Shown here: positions 49,043-60,116 of the stretch, piece after piece
Layout of the letters: each line of letters starts with the position of its first letter
Numbering within the stretch: position 1 is the first letter of the stretch
Assembly: GCA_947624255.1 (NCBI GenBank)
Contig: CANQJO010000003.1
Coordinates: forward strand, 32,852 to 96,851
DNA: 64,000 bases
Source: an uncultured Ruminococcus sp.
GTDB lineage: Bacteria > Bacillota > Clostridia > Oscillospirales > Ruminococcaceae
Direction: 5' to 3'
The notes under the pieces: model-generated
Seen by the model: the letters and a program-made list of their open reading frames with translations, nothing else
What the model was told of the DNA's origin: nothing
Databases searched by the model: none
Program-made: the position numbers and the translations under genes

Positions 49043-51640
49043 TCACTTGAAAAATGCGCATAATATCGGTATCACCGCACTGAATCCCAACGCCGTGAGC
49101 ATTTGCTGTGCAGTAAGACTGACCGTCTCAAATACTACCTGAAGCTGCGGTATCGTCACCGATGCCGCAAGCACTGCAAATGAGATGAGCACTGCGCCAA
49201 CGAGCTTCATATTGTTGAAGATGTTGATATGCAGCAGTGAACGGCTCTCAGATTTGCACTCGAATACATGGATAAGCTGCGACATCACAAGCGTCACAAG
49301 AGCAGCAGTTCTGCCTGCCTCCTGTGAACCTCCCAGTCGCATTACCGTGGTAAAGGAGGCAAGCGTGGATAAGCCGATGAATATCCCACGGAAAATTATT
49401 TTCCACATCAGACCGCCTGAGAAAAATCCCTCTGTGGATCTTCGGGGCGGTCTGTTCATTATGTCGCTCTCCGGCGGTTCAAGTCCCAGAGCAATTGCCG
49501 GAAGCCCATCGGTGACGAGATTCACAAGAAGTATCTGTACCGGCAGCAGCACAATGGGCATTCCCATTATTATACCAAGAAACATGGTCAGTACCTCACC
49601 TATATTGCAGGAGAGAAGATATCTCACAAATTTCCGTATATTGGCATAAACGCAGCGTCCCTGTTCGACGGCATCTACGAGTGTGGCAAGGTCGTCATCA
49701 AGCAGGATAACGTCAGCAGCCTGCTTGGTAACATCTGTTCCGGTCAAACCCATCGCTACCCCTACATCAGCTTCCTTGATCGCAGGCGCATCGTTCACGC
49801 CGTCACCTGTCATGGTGACGATCTCACCACGGCGTTTGAAACTGCGGACTATCCTCAGCTTGTGGACAGGCTCAACACGGGCAAAAACTGTATATTTTCC
49901 GATCTCACGGTCAAGCTCATCATCGCTCATACGGTCAAGCTCTGCGCCTGTGATAGCCTTGCCGTTTTTCAGAAGTCCTGCTTTTCTTGCAACAGCAACG
50001 GCTGTATTTTTGTGGTCGCCTGTTATCATGACCGTCTTTACCGAAGCGGCAGCACATTTTCTTATAGCTGCTTTTGCCTCTTCACGGGGAGGATCTATCA
50101 TTCCCGAAAGACCGAGAAAAATCAGCTCACGGCAGTGCGGCTCGAAGCTCTCGGAATCGCAGTATGCAAGAGCAAGAACCCTGAGTGCCCGATCGGACAT
50201 CTCAATAGCACGGTTTTCTATACGGCGGCGTATCTCGGACGTGATCGGCAGCAGCTTGCCGTCTGCGTCCATATAGCGGGTACATCGGGGAAGAATGACC
50301 TCCTCCGCACCCTTATAGTACATTCTTTTTCCTGTGGGAGATGTACTGTGAACTGCCATGAATCTGTTTTCACTGTCAAAGGGATACTCATCCAATTTTC
50401 GGCAGCTTATCTCTAAAGAGGAACGTGTAATACCGGCTTTTGCCGCTGCCACAAGCAGTGCTGTCTCGGTGGGATCTCCTGTGACCTGCCACTCTGCAAG
50501 GGTGCGGTTTCTGCCTTTTGTTTTTCCCGGAGATATCACTGCCGTAGAGCACAGCACTCCGCACTTGAGAGCCTCAGTGAGAGCGTGATCCTGCTTTGGA
50601 ACAGCTCCCTTTTCGTTGGTGATGCTTCCTCCCATTCTGTATCCCATGCCGCTGAATGAGAAATTCTCCCCAACGGTCGAAAGCTCAGTCACGGTCATTT
50701 TGTTTTCGGTGATAGTTCCCGTTTTGTCAGAGCATATCACCGAAGCGCAGCCGAGTGTCTCAACGCTGTGCAGCTTATTCACAAGAGCGTTCTGTTTCAG
50801 CATCCTGTTCACCGCAAGAGCAAGAGCGATCGTAACTGTTGCCGGAAGTCCCTCGGGTATCGCTGCAATGGCGATCGTGATGCCGGTCATCAGCATGGTG
50901 AAGACATCTTCTCCTCTGAGCACTCCTGCCGTGAACACAGCAACGCACACCGCAAGGCAGATGAGCGCAACGACCTTTCCAAGCTCGGCAAGCCTCTTTT
51001 GAAGAGGTGTCGGCTCACGGTCGATATCGGTGAGCATTTCGGAGATCTTTCCCATCTGCGTATTCTTTCCCACAGCGATTATCCTCGCACAGCACGTACC
51101 CTTGACCGCCGATGTGCCGCAATAGACGATATTCTCCTTGTTGAGAGAGTTATCTGTATCATTGACATTCCCTTGCAGCTTTGCAACAGCTTCCGATTCG
51201 CCGGTGAGTATCGCTTCATCAGCAAAAAATCCGGAGGAGCGCAGGATAACGCCGTCAGCAGGGATACGGTCGCCTACTTCAAGCTCGATAACATCATCGC
51301 ACACCAGACGTGCGGCAGGTATCTCCTGTAATCTGCCGTCTCTGTAGCATTTAGCTGTGGGAGAGGTCATTGATCTGAGGGCTTCGAGTGTGTGTTCGGT
51401 GCGGAACTCCTGTATAAATCCGAGTATGGCGTTCACCAGCACTATGAGGATTATTGTGACTGCATCTGAGATCTCTCCGAGCAGTATCGAGACAACGGTA
51501 GCGCAAAGGAGTATCATCACCATAACGTCCTTGAATTGTCCTATGAAGATACCTGCGGCACTTGTACGCTTGCTTTCACCAAAAACATTTTCGCCGTCAG
51601 CTTTAAGCCTTTCGGCTGCTTCCTTTTCAGTCAGACCCAT
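49043..51640 (-). CDS. Ca2+-type P-type ATPase (YloB-like)
   Basis: TGES, IPEGLP, ICSDKTGTIT, KGA, DPPR, MITGD, TGDGVNDAPA. Confidence 0.95.
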   Translation of the reverse strand: MGLTEKEAAERLKADGENVFGESKRTSAAGIFIGQFKDVMVMILLCATVVSILLGEISDAVTIILIVLVNAILGFIQEFRTEHTLEALRSMTSPTAKCYRDGRLQEIPAARLVCDDVIELEVGDRIPADGVILRSSGFFADEAILTGESEAVAKLQGNVNDTDNSLNKENIVYCGTSAVKGTCCARIIAVGKNTQMGKISEMLTDIDREPTPLQKRLAELGKVVALICLAVCVAVFTAGVLRGEDVFTMLMTGITIAIAAIPEGLPATVTIALALAVNRMLKQNALVNKLHSVETLGCASVICSDKTGTITENKMTVTELSTVGENFSFSGMGYRMGGSITNEKGAVPKQDHALTEALKCGVLCSTAVISPGKTKGRNRTLAEWQVTGDPTETALLVAAAKAGITRSSLEISCRKLDEYPFDSENRFMAVHSTSPTGKRMYYKGAEEVILPRCTRYMDADGKLLPITSEIRRRIENRAIEMSDRALRVLALAYCDSESFEPHCRELIFLGLSGMIDPPREEAKAAIRKCAAASVKTVMITGDHKNTAVAVARKAGLLKNGKAITGAELDRMSDDELDREIGKYTVFARVEPVHKLRIVRSFKRRGEIVTMTGDGVNDAPAIKEADVGVAMGLTGTDVTKQAADVILLDDDLATLVDAVEQGRCVYANIRKFVRYLLSCNIGEVLTMFLGIIMGMPIVLLPVQILLVNLVTDGLPAIALGLEPPESDIMNRPPRRSTEGFFSGGLMWKIIFRGIFIGLSTLASFTTVMRLGGSQEAGRTAALVTLVMSQLIHVFECKSESRSLLHINIFNNMKLVGAVLISFAVLAASVTIPQLQVVFETVSLTAQQMLTALGFSAVIPILCAFFK

Positions 51641-51671
51641 AAAATTCACCCTTTCGGAGGTTGTACAATAA

Positions 51672-51700
51672 ATTTTATGAGCCGTATCCGAAATGTAGAA
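51672..51700 (-). promoter_or_regulatory. Possible sigma-E promoter of the P-type ATPase
   Basis: Minus strand TTCTACA-14-CATAAAAT; B. subtilis yloB is sigE-controlled (from memory). Confidence 0.4.
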
Positions 51701-51705
51701 CGAAA

Positions 51706-51732
51706 TATCCGGACGCTGAATGCGTCCGGATA
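51706..51732. terminator. Perfect 11-bp hairpin ending the glycan cluster
   Basis: tatccggacgc-tgaat-gcgtccggata. Confidence 0.7.
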
Positions 51733-51776
51733 GGAAAATCATATATACCCGGCATTTGCTGCGCAGATCTGCAAGA

Positions 51777-52109
51777 TCAATCCTTGCCCTGCAAAAGCCT
51801 TACTGCTTCATTGAGTCTTTCAACGCTGTTGGTGTTGAGCTTATCTGACAGTCTCAGACGGTCAAGCTCCTTCTTAAACGCAGAGAGATCGGCTGCTGCT
51901 TTTTTCATTATTTCCTCATTCTGCACCTGTTTATCTTCAAGGGCGCACACCCGCTTTATAAGCTCATTCACGTTGGCAGCAAGCAGCTCGTTTGCCTCAT
52001 TCTGTTTTTCACCAAACTCCATGAGCTTTGCTCCGGCTTTGAGCGATGGTATTTTCTCATGTCCGTCAAATGTTTTCATGCGTTCGTTGGTGAGTTTTTT
52101 ATCAGACAT
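51777..52109 (-). CDS. Hypothetical coiled-coil protein
   Basis: Overlaps the rmd stop; heptad-like sequence; RBS ggagggg. Confidence 0.7.
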   Translation of the reverse strand: MSDKKLTNERMKTFDGHEKIPSLKAGAKLMEFGEKQNEANELLAANVNELIKRVCALEDKQVQNEEIMKKAAADLSAFKKELDRLRLSDKLNTNSVERLNEAVRLLQGKD

Positions 52110-53034
52110 ATTCTCCCCTCCAATAGTTCAGGGTATCGGCGATAGTCTGCTCCATAGAGATCTCTGCCTCCCAGCCGGTGTCGTTTTTTATGAGCGAAAC
52201 GTCCGGCTCGATGACGGGAATATCCGCCGCTCTCATGCGTGTCGGATCATTTTTTACTTCAATGGGCAGCCTTGCCATTTTCAGGGCAGTACTGAGGATA
52301 TACTGTATTTCGACAGCCTTTCCTCTGCCCACGTTGTATATTTTTCCCGAAACTCCCTTTTCGCCGAGCAAACGGTACGCTCTGACAACATCTCTCACAT
52401 CGGTGAAGTCACGGCGTGCGGAGAGATTACCCACTGAAATGACAGGCTCGTGTCTTCCTGCCTCAATTTCAGCGATCTGCCGACAAAAATCGGAGATCAC
52501 AAAAATCGGAGACTGTCCCGGACCTGAGTGATTGAAGGCTCTCACCATAACGATATCCTTACTGTAGGCACGGGAGTATATCTCACCGAGCATCTCCTGG
52601 CACACCTTTGTTGCAGCATAGATATTTCCCGGTCTGAGCGGTTCGTCCTCCTTGAGGGGACAGGCATTTTCACGTATAAAGCCGTACTCCTCTCCCGAAC
52701 CGATCAGCACAAGCCGAGAGCTTTTCCGTGCAGCTCTGTGAGCCTCCAGGACATTTATAGCTCCGATAACATTTATCTCAGCGGTGAGAGCAGGCTTTTT
52801 CCACGAAACGGCAACGGAGCTCTGCGCTGCAAGATGATACACCGCATCGGGAGCAATTTCATTGAAAATATTGTCCACTGCGCCGCTGTCAAGGATATTC
52901 AGCTTGTGAACAAAGCGATGATCTATATTCTCCTCCGGAAGACAGGTAGCGTGGACCTCCATGCCGGAGCTTTCAAGCTCACGGATAAGATATCCTCCAA
53001 CGAAACCGGCTGCGCCGATCAATAAAGCCTTCAT
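52102..53034 (-). CDS. rmd: GDP-4-dehydro-6-deoxy-D-mannose reductase (Rmd-like)
   Basis: IGAAGFVG, YHLAAQSSV, GSGEEYG, YAATK, RAFNHSGP, RRDFTDVRDVV; co-located with gmd. Confidence 0.8.
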   Translation of the reverse strand: MKALLIGAAGFVGGYLIRELESSGMEVHATCLPEENIDHRFVHKLNILDSGAVDNIFNEIAPDAVYHLAAQSSVAVSWKKPALTAEINVIGAINVLEAHRAARKSSRLVLIGSGEEYGFIRENACPLKEDEPLRPGNIYAATKVCQEMLGEIYSRAYSKDIVMVRAFNHSGPGQSPIFVISDFCRQIAEIEAGRHEPVISVGNLSARRDFTDVRDVVRAYRLLGEKGVSGKIYNVGRGKAVEIQYILSTALKMARLPIEVKNDPTRMRAADIPVIEPDVSLIKNDTGWEAEISMEQTIADTLNYWRGEYV

Positions 53035-54152
53035 AGATCTTCTCCTCTCAGTACTGCCGTAAGCTTTTGCAGGGCAGCTCTTCTGCTGAATTCCCGGCGG
53101 ACTCTTTCCGCACTGTTCCTGCCGAGCTTTTCCCTGAGAGGCTTATCCTGCGCAAGACGCATTATCGCTTGTGCGAGAGCCTTTTCATCGCCGGGAGGAA
53201 CGGTTATTCCTGTAACGCTGTCAAGACTTACCCACGGAACTCCTGTGGGCAGAGCCGTGTTTATCACCGGTTTGCCGTATATCATGGCTTCAAGCTGGAC
53301 TATGCCGAATGCCTCACTCTGTGCCACTGAGGGCAGAACGAATATATCGCAGTCACGATAAGCCTTTTTCAGATCTGTGTCAGAAAGAAATCCCAGAAAG
53401 TGAATGTTATCTCCTGCGCCGAGGTCTTCCGCAAGAGCACGCAGCTCCGGTTCAAGCTCTCCCGTACCGGAGATGAACAACTCACAATCAGAAGTAAGGG
53501 CAGCGGCTTTTATGAGCACATCAACGCCCTTATAGTAGACAAGTCTTCCGGAAAAAAAAACCTTGACACTGTTTTCATTGCGGCATTTTTTCGTCAGGAA
53601 ACCGCACTCCCGCACCGACAGATACTCCTGCGGATCAATGCCGTAGGGAACAACGGCACATTTCTTCCTGAACTCCGGGAGATACTCCGAGCCGGTGATA
53701 TGTCCCTCGGTAGCGGTAATGATGCAGTCGGCACGGCGGAGCAGCCACATCATGAACGGCTTGTACACAAGCATGAGTTTTTTCTGCTTTACCACGTCAC
53801 TGTGCCACGAAAGCACGATCCTCCCCTTATATCCGGAAAGCAGAGCAGCCGCATCAGCAAGGGGAAACGGCATATGAATGTGGACAACATCGGCTTTTTT
53901 CGCCATTTTTCCGAAATGCCGTATAAATGAGAGCGAGATCGGACACTTGAAATATGTTCCCAGACTGCCGCAGCGCTGAACGCATACGCCATTGATCTTC
54001 TCACGGCGTGTTCTGCCTCTGTCGTCACGGCAGACAAGCACACGCACCTTGATATCCTTTACTTTGCTGAGATCCTCCGCATATTGGCGCACGAGTGTCT
54101 CAATACCGCCCACATGAGGAAAATATGCCTTATTCACCTCAAGAACACGCAT
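53031..54152 (-). CDS. Glycosyltransferase family 4
   Basis: GGIET, GRLVYYKG, EAFGIVQLEAM..GKPVI. Confidence 0.9.
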   Translation of the reverse strand: MRVLEVNKAYFPHVGGIETLVRQYAEDLSKVKDIKVRVLVCRDDRGRTRREKINGVCVQRCGSLGTYFKCPISLSFIRHFGKMAKKADVVHIHMPFPLADAAALLSGYKGRIVLSWHSDVVKQKKLMLVYKPFMMWLLRRADCIITATEGHITGSEYLPEFRKKCAVVPYGIDPQEYLSVRECGFLTKKCRNENSVKVFFSGRLVYYKGVDVLIKAAALTSDCELFISGTGELEPELRALAEDLGAGDNIHFLGFLSDTDLKKAYRDCDIFVLPSVAQSEAFGIVQLEAMIYGKPVINTALPTGVPWVSLDSVTGITVPPGDEKALAQAIMRLAQDKPLREKLGRNSAERVRREFSRRAALQKLTAVLRGEDL

Positions 54153-55303
54153 TACATCAGCTCCTTGTATACATCAAAAAGCGCTTGTGCGGAACGCTCC
54201 CAAGTGAAAACTCCGGCTCTTTTGTGCCCTTTCTCTGCGAGAGTTTTCCGCAGCTTTTCATCGGCGAAAAGCCTGTACATTCCCGAAGCGATGCTTTTCA
54301 CGGAGTACGCATCGCACACAAGTGCGCAGTCACCCGTGACCTCCGGCAGCGAAGCCTCGCCCGATACAAGAACCGGCACGCCGCACGCCATAGCCTCGAG
54401 CGGCGGCATTCCGAAGCCCTCATAGAGTGACGGAAACACAAACGCCGTTGCTCCGCTTATAAGGGGAGTCATATCCTCTGAGGGAACGTATTCTGTGAAG
54501 ATGACCATATCCTCAAGTGCGAGTGCTTTTACACGACTGTAGATATCATCGTTAAGCCAGCCCTTTCCTCCGGCAAGCACAAGTTTCGGAGCATCAGCGC
54601 CGATCTTGCGGACAATTAGAGAATATGCCGAAATAAGCCGTCTGAGATTTTTCCTCGGCTCGATAGTACCGACGTACAGAAAATACTCTCCGTTGATGCC
54701 GAGTGAGTTTTTCACCGCTTCGATACGCTCCCTGTCACGGCAGGGATAGAATTTTTCGGTATCCACACCGCATGGCACTACCCGCAGCTTTCGTTCATGC
54801 TCCGGGAAATACTTGATTATCTCCCGTTTCGAGAACTCTGAATCCGTGACGATAAGATCGGCACGCCGCATTGATCTTTTAAGCCCCGTATTAAGCATAA
54901 GGAGCGTCCGTCCCCTGACCGTACCGGGAAACGCCTTGTACACCATATCATGAACAGTGACAACGATCTTTCCGGAAACTCCGGGAGGTACGATATAGTT
55001 GAAAAAATGCGTGATCTGTGAGTCGTTTCCGAAAAAATAAGAGTATGGAACAGGTAAGACCGCAGAGGCGGCTCTGTAGGCATAGCCGGAAAAATCAGAG
55101 TATTTCAAGCGGATATTCTCTCCGGCGATATTTTTCACCCGAATAAGACGCTCCTTATCGCCGCTTGTAAAGAAGCTGTACCGGAATTTTATCTCAGGGT
55201 GAAGCTGTGCAAGAGCGAGAGTCTGTCCCACCTCACACCAGCCTATACCCGTTATTCTGTCGCTCACAAGAGGAGCAGCATCAAACGTGATCTTCAACCA
55301 CAC
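54152..55303 (-). CDS. Glycosyltransferase family 4 (WbpY/mannosyl-rhamnosyl type)
   Basis: VTVHD, GTIEPRKNL, FPSLYEGFGMPPLEAMACG. Confidence 0.9.
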   Translation of the reverse strand: MWLKITFDAAPLVSDRITGIGWCEVGQTLALAQLHPEIKFRYSFFTSGDKERLIRVKNIAGENIRLKYSDFSGYAYRAASAVLPVPYSYFFGNDSQITHFFNYIVPPGVSGKIVVTVHDMVYKAFPGTVRGRTLLMLNTGLKRSMRRADLIVTDSEFSKREIIKYFPEHERKLRVVPCGVDTEKFYPCRDRERIEAVKNSLGINGEYFLYVGTIEPRKNLRRLISAYSLIVRKIGADAPKLVLAGGKGWLNDDIYSRVKALALEDMVIFTEYVPSEDMTPLISGATAFVFPSLYEGFGMPPLEAMACGVPVLVSGEASLPEVTGDCALVCDAYSVKSIASGMYRLFADEKLRKTLAEKGHKRAGVFTWERSAQALFDVYKELM

Positions 55304-55374
55304 ACACTCCCTACCATTTCAGACAGCAAATACCCGATAAGATCCCGGCATCTGTTATGCCGTCTTCAATGACA

Positions 55375-56421
<1,047 letters not shown>

Positions 56422-57486
56422 TTATATCAGTTCTGTTCTGCCCTGTTCACGAAGCTGTGCAATGACCTTTTTGACGTCCTGAGTGCTGTTCTTCGAGCAG
56501 ACAAGCACAGCATCGTCAGTATCTATGATGATGATATCCTCCACGCCAACGGCTGCAATAAGCCTTTTTCCGGCGCATATAGTGGAGCGTTCCGCTCCCA
56601 CGGAGATGACATCTCCCTCAATGTAATTACGGCTGTCGTCAGTTTCGTTGATGCGTTCCACGGCAAGCCAGCTGCCCACGTCGTCCCAGCCGAAACTGCC
56701 GGGAATGGTGTAGATATTTTCAGCCTTTTCCATGATGCCGAAGTCAACCGATTCGCTGCGGAATGCGCTGAACTCCTTTTCAAGGACGGCTGTGAACTCC
56801 GGTTTGCCGAAAGCATCGCCTATCCTGACAGCTCCCTCCCAAATATCGGGCATGAAGCGTTTGATATTCGCCATAATTGAGGAGACTCTCCACACGAACA
56901 TACCGCTGTTCCAGAGATATTTTCCCGAGGCGATATATTTTTTAGCAGTGGGAAGATCGGGTTTTTCAACAAAGCGTTCCACCTCGTAGGCATTGCCGCA
57001 CTCCCTGCCGAAATTGATGTAGCCGTAGCCTGTTTCGGGATATGTGGGAGTTATGCCGATGGTGACGAGATTCTCTCCGCTTTCGGCAACGGTGACAGCT
57101 TTTTTCAGCGTATTGATATAGATATCCTCATAGCCGATAAGGTGATCCGACGGCAGCACAAGCATTACCGCATCATCGTATTTTCTGCTTATGACGGCTG
57201 CCGCAAAGGCGATACAGGGTGCCGTATTGCGGGCACACGGCTCGGCGAGGATATTCTCACAGGGAATATCGGGGAGCCGGTCACGGACAAGCTCTGTATA
57301 AGCGGCATTTGTTACGATGAAAACGTCCTCTGCCGCCACAAGAGGGGCAAGGCGTTTCACGGTTTTTTGTATCATTGTCTCTCCGTCTGAGGTGAGAGAG
57401 AGAAACTGCTTAGGACATGAACTGCGGCTTTTCGGCCAGAAGCGTTCGCCCTTGCCGCCTGCCATGATGACTGCTGTGATCTTCAT
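56422..57486 (-). CDS. manC: Mannose-1-phosphate guanylyltransferase
   Basis: IMAGGKGERFWPKSR..PKQF, EPCARNTAP, PSDH, FVEKP, WNSGMF, WDDVGSW. Confidence 0.95.
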   Translation of the reverse strand: MKITAVIMAGGKGERFWPKSRSSCPKQFLSLTSDGETMIQKTVKRLAPLVAAEDVFIVTNAAYTELVRDRLPDIPCENILAEPCARNTAPCIAFAAAVISRKYDDAVMLVLPSDHLIGYEDIYINTLKKAVTVAESGENLVTIGITPTYPETGYGYINFGRECGNAYEVERFVEKPDLPTAKKYIASGKYLWNSGMFVWRVSSIMANIKRFMPDIWEGAVRIGDAFGKPEFTAVLEKEFSAFRSESVDFGIMEKAENIYTIPGSFGWDDVGSWLAVERINETDDSRNYIEGDVISVGAERSTICAGKRLIAAVGVEDIIIIDTDDAVLVCSKNSTQDVKKVIAQLREQGRTELI

Positions 57487-58862
57487 TTGTTATTCTCCTT
57501 TTCGTCATATGCCGTAAGGATCCCTTCTTCCGTTTCGGCATTTGTTTTTCCGGGAAAAAGCATCGTTTTGAGCGTCATGAGGATAATTTGCAGATCCATT
57601 CTGACGGAGTAATTTTCTATATACATGAGATCCATTTTCAGCTTATCATACGGAGAGGTATCGTACACTCCCGTGACCTGTGCGTATCCGGTCAGACCGG
57701 CTTTGACTTTCAGCCGAAATCTGAATTCGGGCATATCCTTTTCGTACTGATACGTAAGCTCCGGACGTTCGGGGCGTGGTCCGACTACCGACATATCTCC
57801 CCGAAGAATATTTATAAGCTGCGGAAATTCGTCAAGGCGGAATTTTCTCAGCACTTTTCCCACGGGAGTTATCCTGCTGTCCTCTTCCGAGGCAAGCTGA
57901 GGAATGCCGTCCTTTTCAGCGTCAACGATCATGCTCCTGAATTTATAGACGTAGAATTCCTTTGCATCAATGGTGAGCCTTTTTTGCTTGTAGAAGACCG
58001 GTCCGCCGTCACAGAGTTTTATCGCAACGGCAGCCGCCGCCATGAACGGCAGAGAGAGCAGCAGTGCTATCAGAGAAAAAATTATATCAAAGGCACGCTT
58101 TACAAGCCGCTGTTCAAAACTGAGTCCGTAATTACGGCAGAGCAGCAGCGGTGTATCAAAAAGGCGTATATCATCAGCACCTCTGATTATAATATCCGAT
58201 ATTTTCGGTGCAATATACGCCCGCAGAGATCTGTCAAAGCAGAATTTCAGATAGTCGTTGCGCTGCTCCGGAGGGATGTCACAGATTATCACGCCCTCAT
58301 ATTTAAGTATCTGCTCTCTTATTTTATCCGGTGATTCATCAATGCTGACGGATTCGCAGATCATATACTTGTCCACACGCCGGCTCATTTTCAGAACAAG
58401 TGCGGCAGCCTGACGGCTTCCGTAGAGAATAATGAGCTTTCGGGGAGGGTAGATCATAAAATAGACTTTTCCGGTGATGAACGTCCATATTAAAATGAAT
58501 GCAACGTCGGCAAACGTCATGATGATTATGGGATAGGCGTTCATGAAATCTCTGCCGATGAGACTCACCAGAAAGTAGGCGACAACGTTCACGCATACCA
58601 TCGAGATCATCTGAGAGTACAGAATATCGGTTTTTTTCAGATATCCGAGTCTGAATCCGCCGAATGCCTTGAAGAAAAGCATGACTATGAGAGCATAGAT
58701 ACCGATGAGTACCCAGTTTCCTCGGCGGTAGAAAGGCAGGACGATCACTTCGCTGTAGAATTTATACCAGACAAATGCGAATATGCCTGCAAGCACTCCC
58801 AGCAGAACTACAGACATGGCGAATGTCACGGATCTTTTGTATAGGTCTTTTTTGTTGTTCAT
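57483..58862 (-). CDS. Polyprenyl-phosphate glycosylphosphotransferase (priming sugar transferase)
   Basis: Four N-terminal TM helices; KRAFD, GGPVFYKQ, YKFRSM, DEFPQLINIL.GDMSVVGPRPE, AGLTGYAQV. Confidence 0.93.
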   Translation of the reverse strand: MNNKKDLYKRSVTFAMSVVLLGVLAGIFAFVWYKFYSEVIVLPFYRRGNWVLIGIYALIVMLFFKAFGGFRLGYLKKTDILYSQMISMVCVNVVAYFLVSLIGRDFMNAYPIIIMTFADVAFILIWTFITGKVYFMIYPPRKLIILYGSRQAAALVLKMSRRVDKYMICESVSIDESPDKIREQILKYEGVIICDIPPEQRNDYLKFCFDRSLRAYIAPKISDIIIRGADDIRLFDTPLLLCRNYGLSFEQRLVKRAFDIIFSLIALLLSLPFMAAAAVAIKLCDGGPVFYKQKRLTIDAKEFYVYKFRSMIVDAEKDGIPQLASEEDSRITPVGKVLRKFRLDEFPQLINILRGDMSVVGPRPERPELTYQYEKDMPEFRFRLKVKAGLTGYAQVTGVYDTSPYDKLKMDLMYIENYSVRMDLQIILMTLKTMLFPGKTNAETEEGILTAYDEKENNK

Positions 58863-58975
58863 ATAATTTCCTGAGATATCCTCGGATATACACAGGCTCC
58901 TGTTTTTTCTTTGTTCGGTGTTGCCGCAAATCAGACCTGCTCTCTGAAACAAGAATGTTTCCGGCGCATAGGAAT

Positions 58976-59004
58976 ATTATAGCAGATTAAGCAGGTCATG
59001 TCAA
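58976..59004 (-). promoter_or_regulatory. Sigma-A promoter of glycan cluster
   Basis: TTGACA-17-TATAAT on the minus strand. Confidence 0.75.
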
Positions 59005-59055
59005 GAAGAATGACTAAATTAAATTCTCAGAGGGATCTGAAATGATTTTTGAGTA

Positions 59056-59084
59056 TTGACATTGAACCGTTAAGGTGCTATAAT
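59056..59084 (+). promoter_or_regulatory. Sigma-A promoter of hydrolase-murF-ddl operon
   Basis: TTGACA-17-TATAAT; implies a leader of about 235 nt. Confidence 0.75.
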
Positions 59085-59221
59085 TAAATTATATATGGCA
59101 TTCTCTGAAACCTGTCCGCTCAGGCAAAAATCAGACGGGTGCGGTATATGTGCATAGGTCAGGCTTACTCATGTGTAGAATATATATAACTCAGTTAAGC
59201 TATCGCTCCGAAGTTGAGTTT

Positions 59222-59293
59222 TATACCGGTCTCATTCCGAAAACCGTGCAAGATCTTCGCAAAGACCCTCGTGTTTTAGAGCGAGATCGGTAT
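59222..59293 (+). repeat. Dispersed structured repeat, short form (copy D)
   Basis: tataccggtctcattccgaaaaccgtgcaagatcttcgcaaaga..gttttagagcgagatcggtat; 11-bp terminal inverted repeat. Confidence 0.85.
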
Positions 59294-59324
59294 TATCCCG
59301 AATGCGCAAAAGGAGATAACAGAA

Positions 59325-60116
59325 TTGATAAAAACAATAAACGGCATGAAAATAAACTACGAGCAAAAGGGCAGCGGAGAACTTGTTGTCCTCCTTCACG
59401 GCTGGGGGAGCAATATCAAGCTCTTTGCCAACCTTATCGACCTGCTCTCTGTGAAATATACCGTTATAGCTATGGATATGCCCGGATTTGGTGAAAGCGA
59501 TGAGCCTCCGTCGGCGTGGTGCGTTGACGACTACGTTGATTTTGTTGCGGATTTTCTCCGTGAGACCGCTGCTCCGAAAGAGGTGACACTGCTCGGTCAT
59601 TCGTTCGGAGGCAGAGTCATCATAAAACTCCACAGCAGGAAAGATCTGCCGTTTCGCATAGTAAAGACCATTCTTGTGGACAGCGCAGGTATCCTCCCAC
59701 CGAAATCAAATAAAAAAAGCCTGAGGACTCGCTATTACAAAATCGGAAAGGCTGTACTCTCTACCGGCATCGCAAGGAAGATCGCTCCCGATGCGCTTGA
59801 AAATTTCCGCAAAAAAATGGGAAGTGCCGACTATGCCGCAGCCTCTCCGCTTATGAGACAGGTGCTTGTCAAGGTGGTAAATGAAGATTTAGAGCCTCTT
59901 CTGCCGAATATAAAATGTCCCACGCTCCTTGTGTGGGGAGTCAATGACACGGCAACACCGCTTTCAGACGGTGAAAAAATGGAGAAGCTCATTCCCGATG
60001 CAGGTCTTGTAAAGCTTGAAAATGCGGGACATTATTCGTTTCTTGAACAACAGTATATATTCAACCGTGTCATGTGTTCCTTTATGAAGATAGATGAAAA
60101 GGAGATCACCCGATGA
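59325..60116 (+). CDS. Alpha/beta hydrolase
   Basis: LLHGWG, DMPGFG, GHSFGG nucleophile elbow, AGHYSF; TTG after aaggag. Confidence 0.92.
   Translation: MIKTINGMKINYEQKGSGELVVLLHGWGSNIKLFANLIDLLSVKYTVIAMDMPGFGESDEPPSAWCVDDYVDFVADFLRETAAPKEVTLLGHSFGGRVIIKLHSRKDLPFRIVKTILVDSAGILPPKSNKKSLRTRYYKIGKAVLSTGIARKIAPDALENFRKKMGSADYAAASPLMRQVLVKVVNEDLEPLLPNIKCPTLLVWGVNDTATPLSDGEKMEKLIPDAGLVKLENAGHYSFLEQQYIFNRVMCSFMKIDEKEITR

Noticed and set aside
59100-59140. Glycine-riboswitch-like words (ctctg, ctcaggcaaaa)
   Set aside because: The central CCGAAG element and P3 stems are missing and the segment is too short for an aptamer.
59150-59494. 114-aa ORF spanning the leader
   Set aside because: No RBS; it runs through the repeat element and overlaps the hydrolase out of frame.
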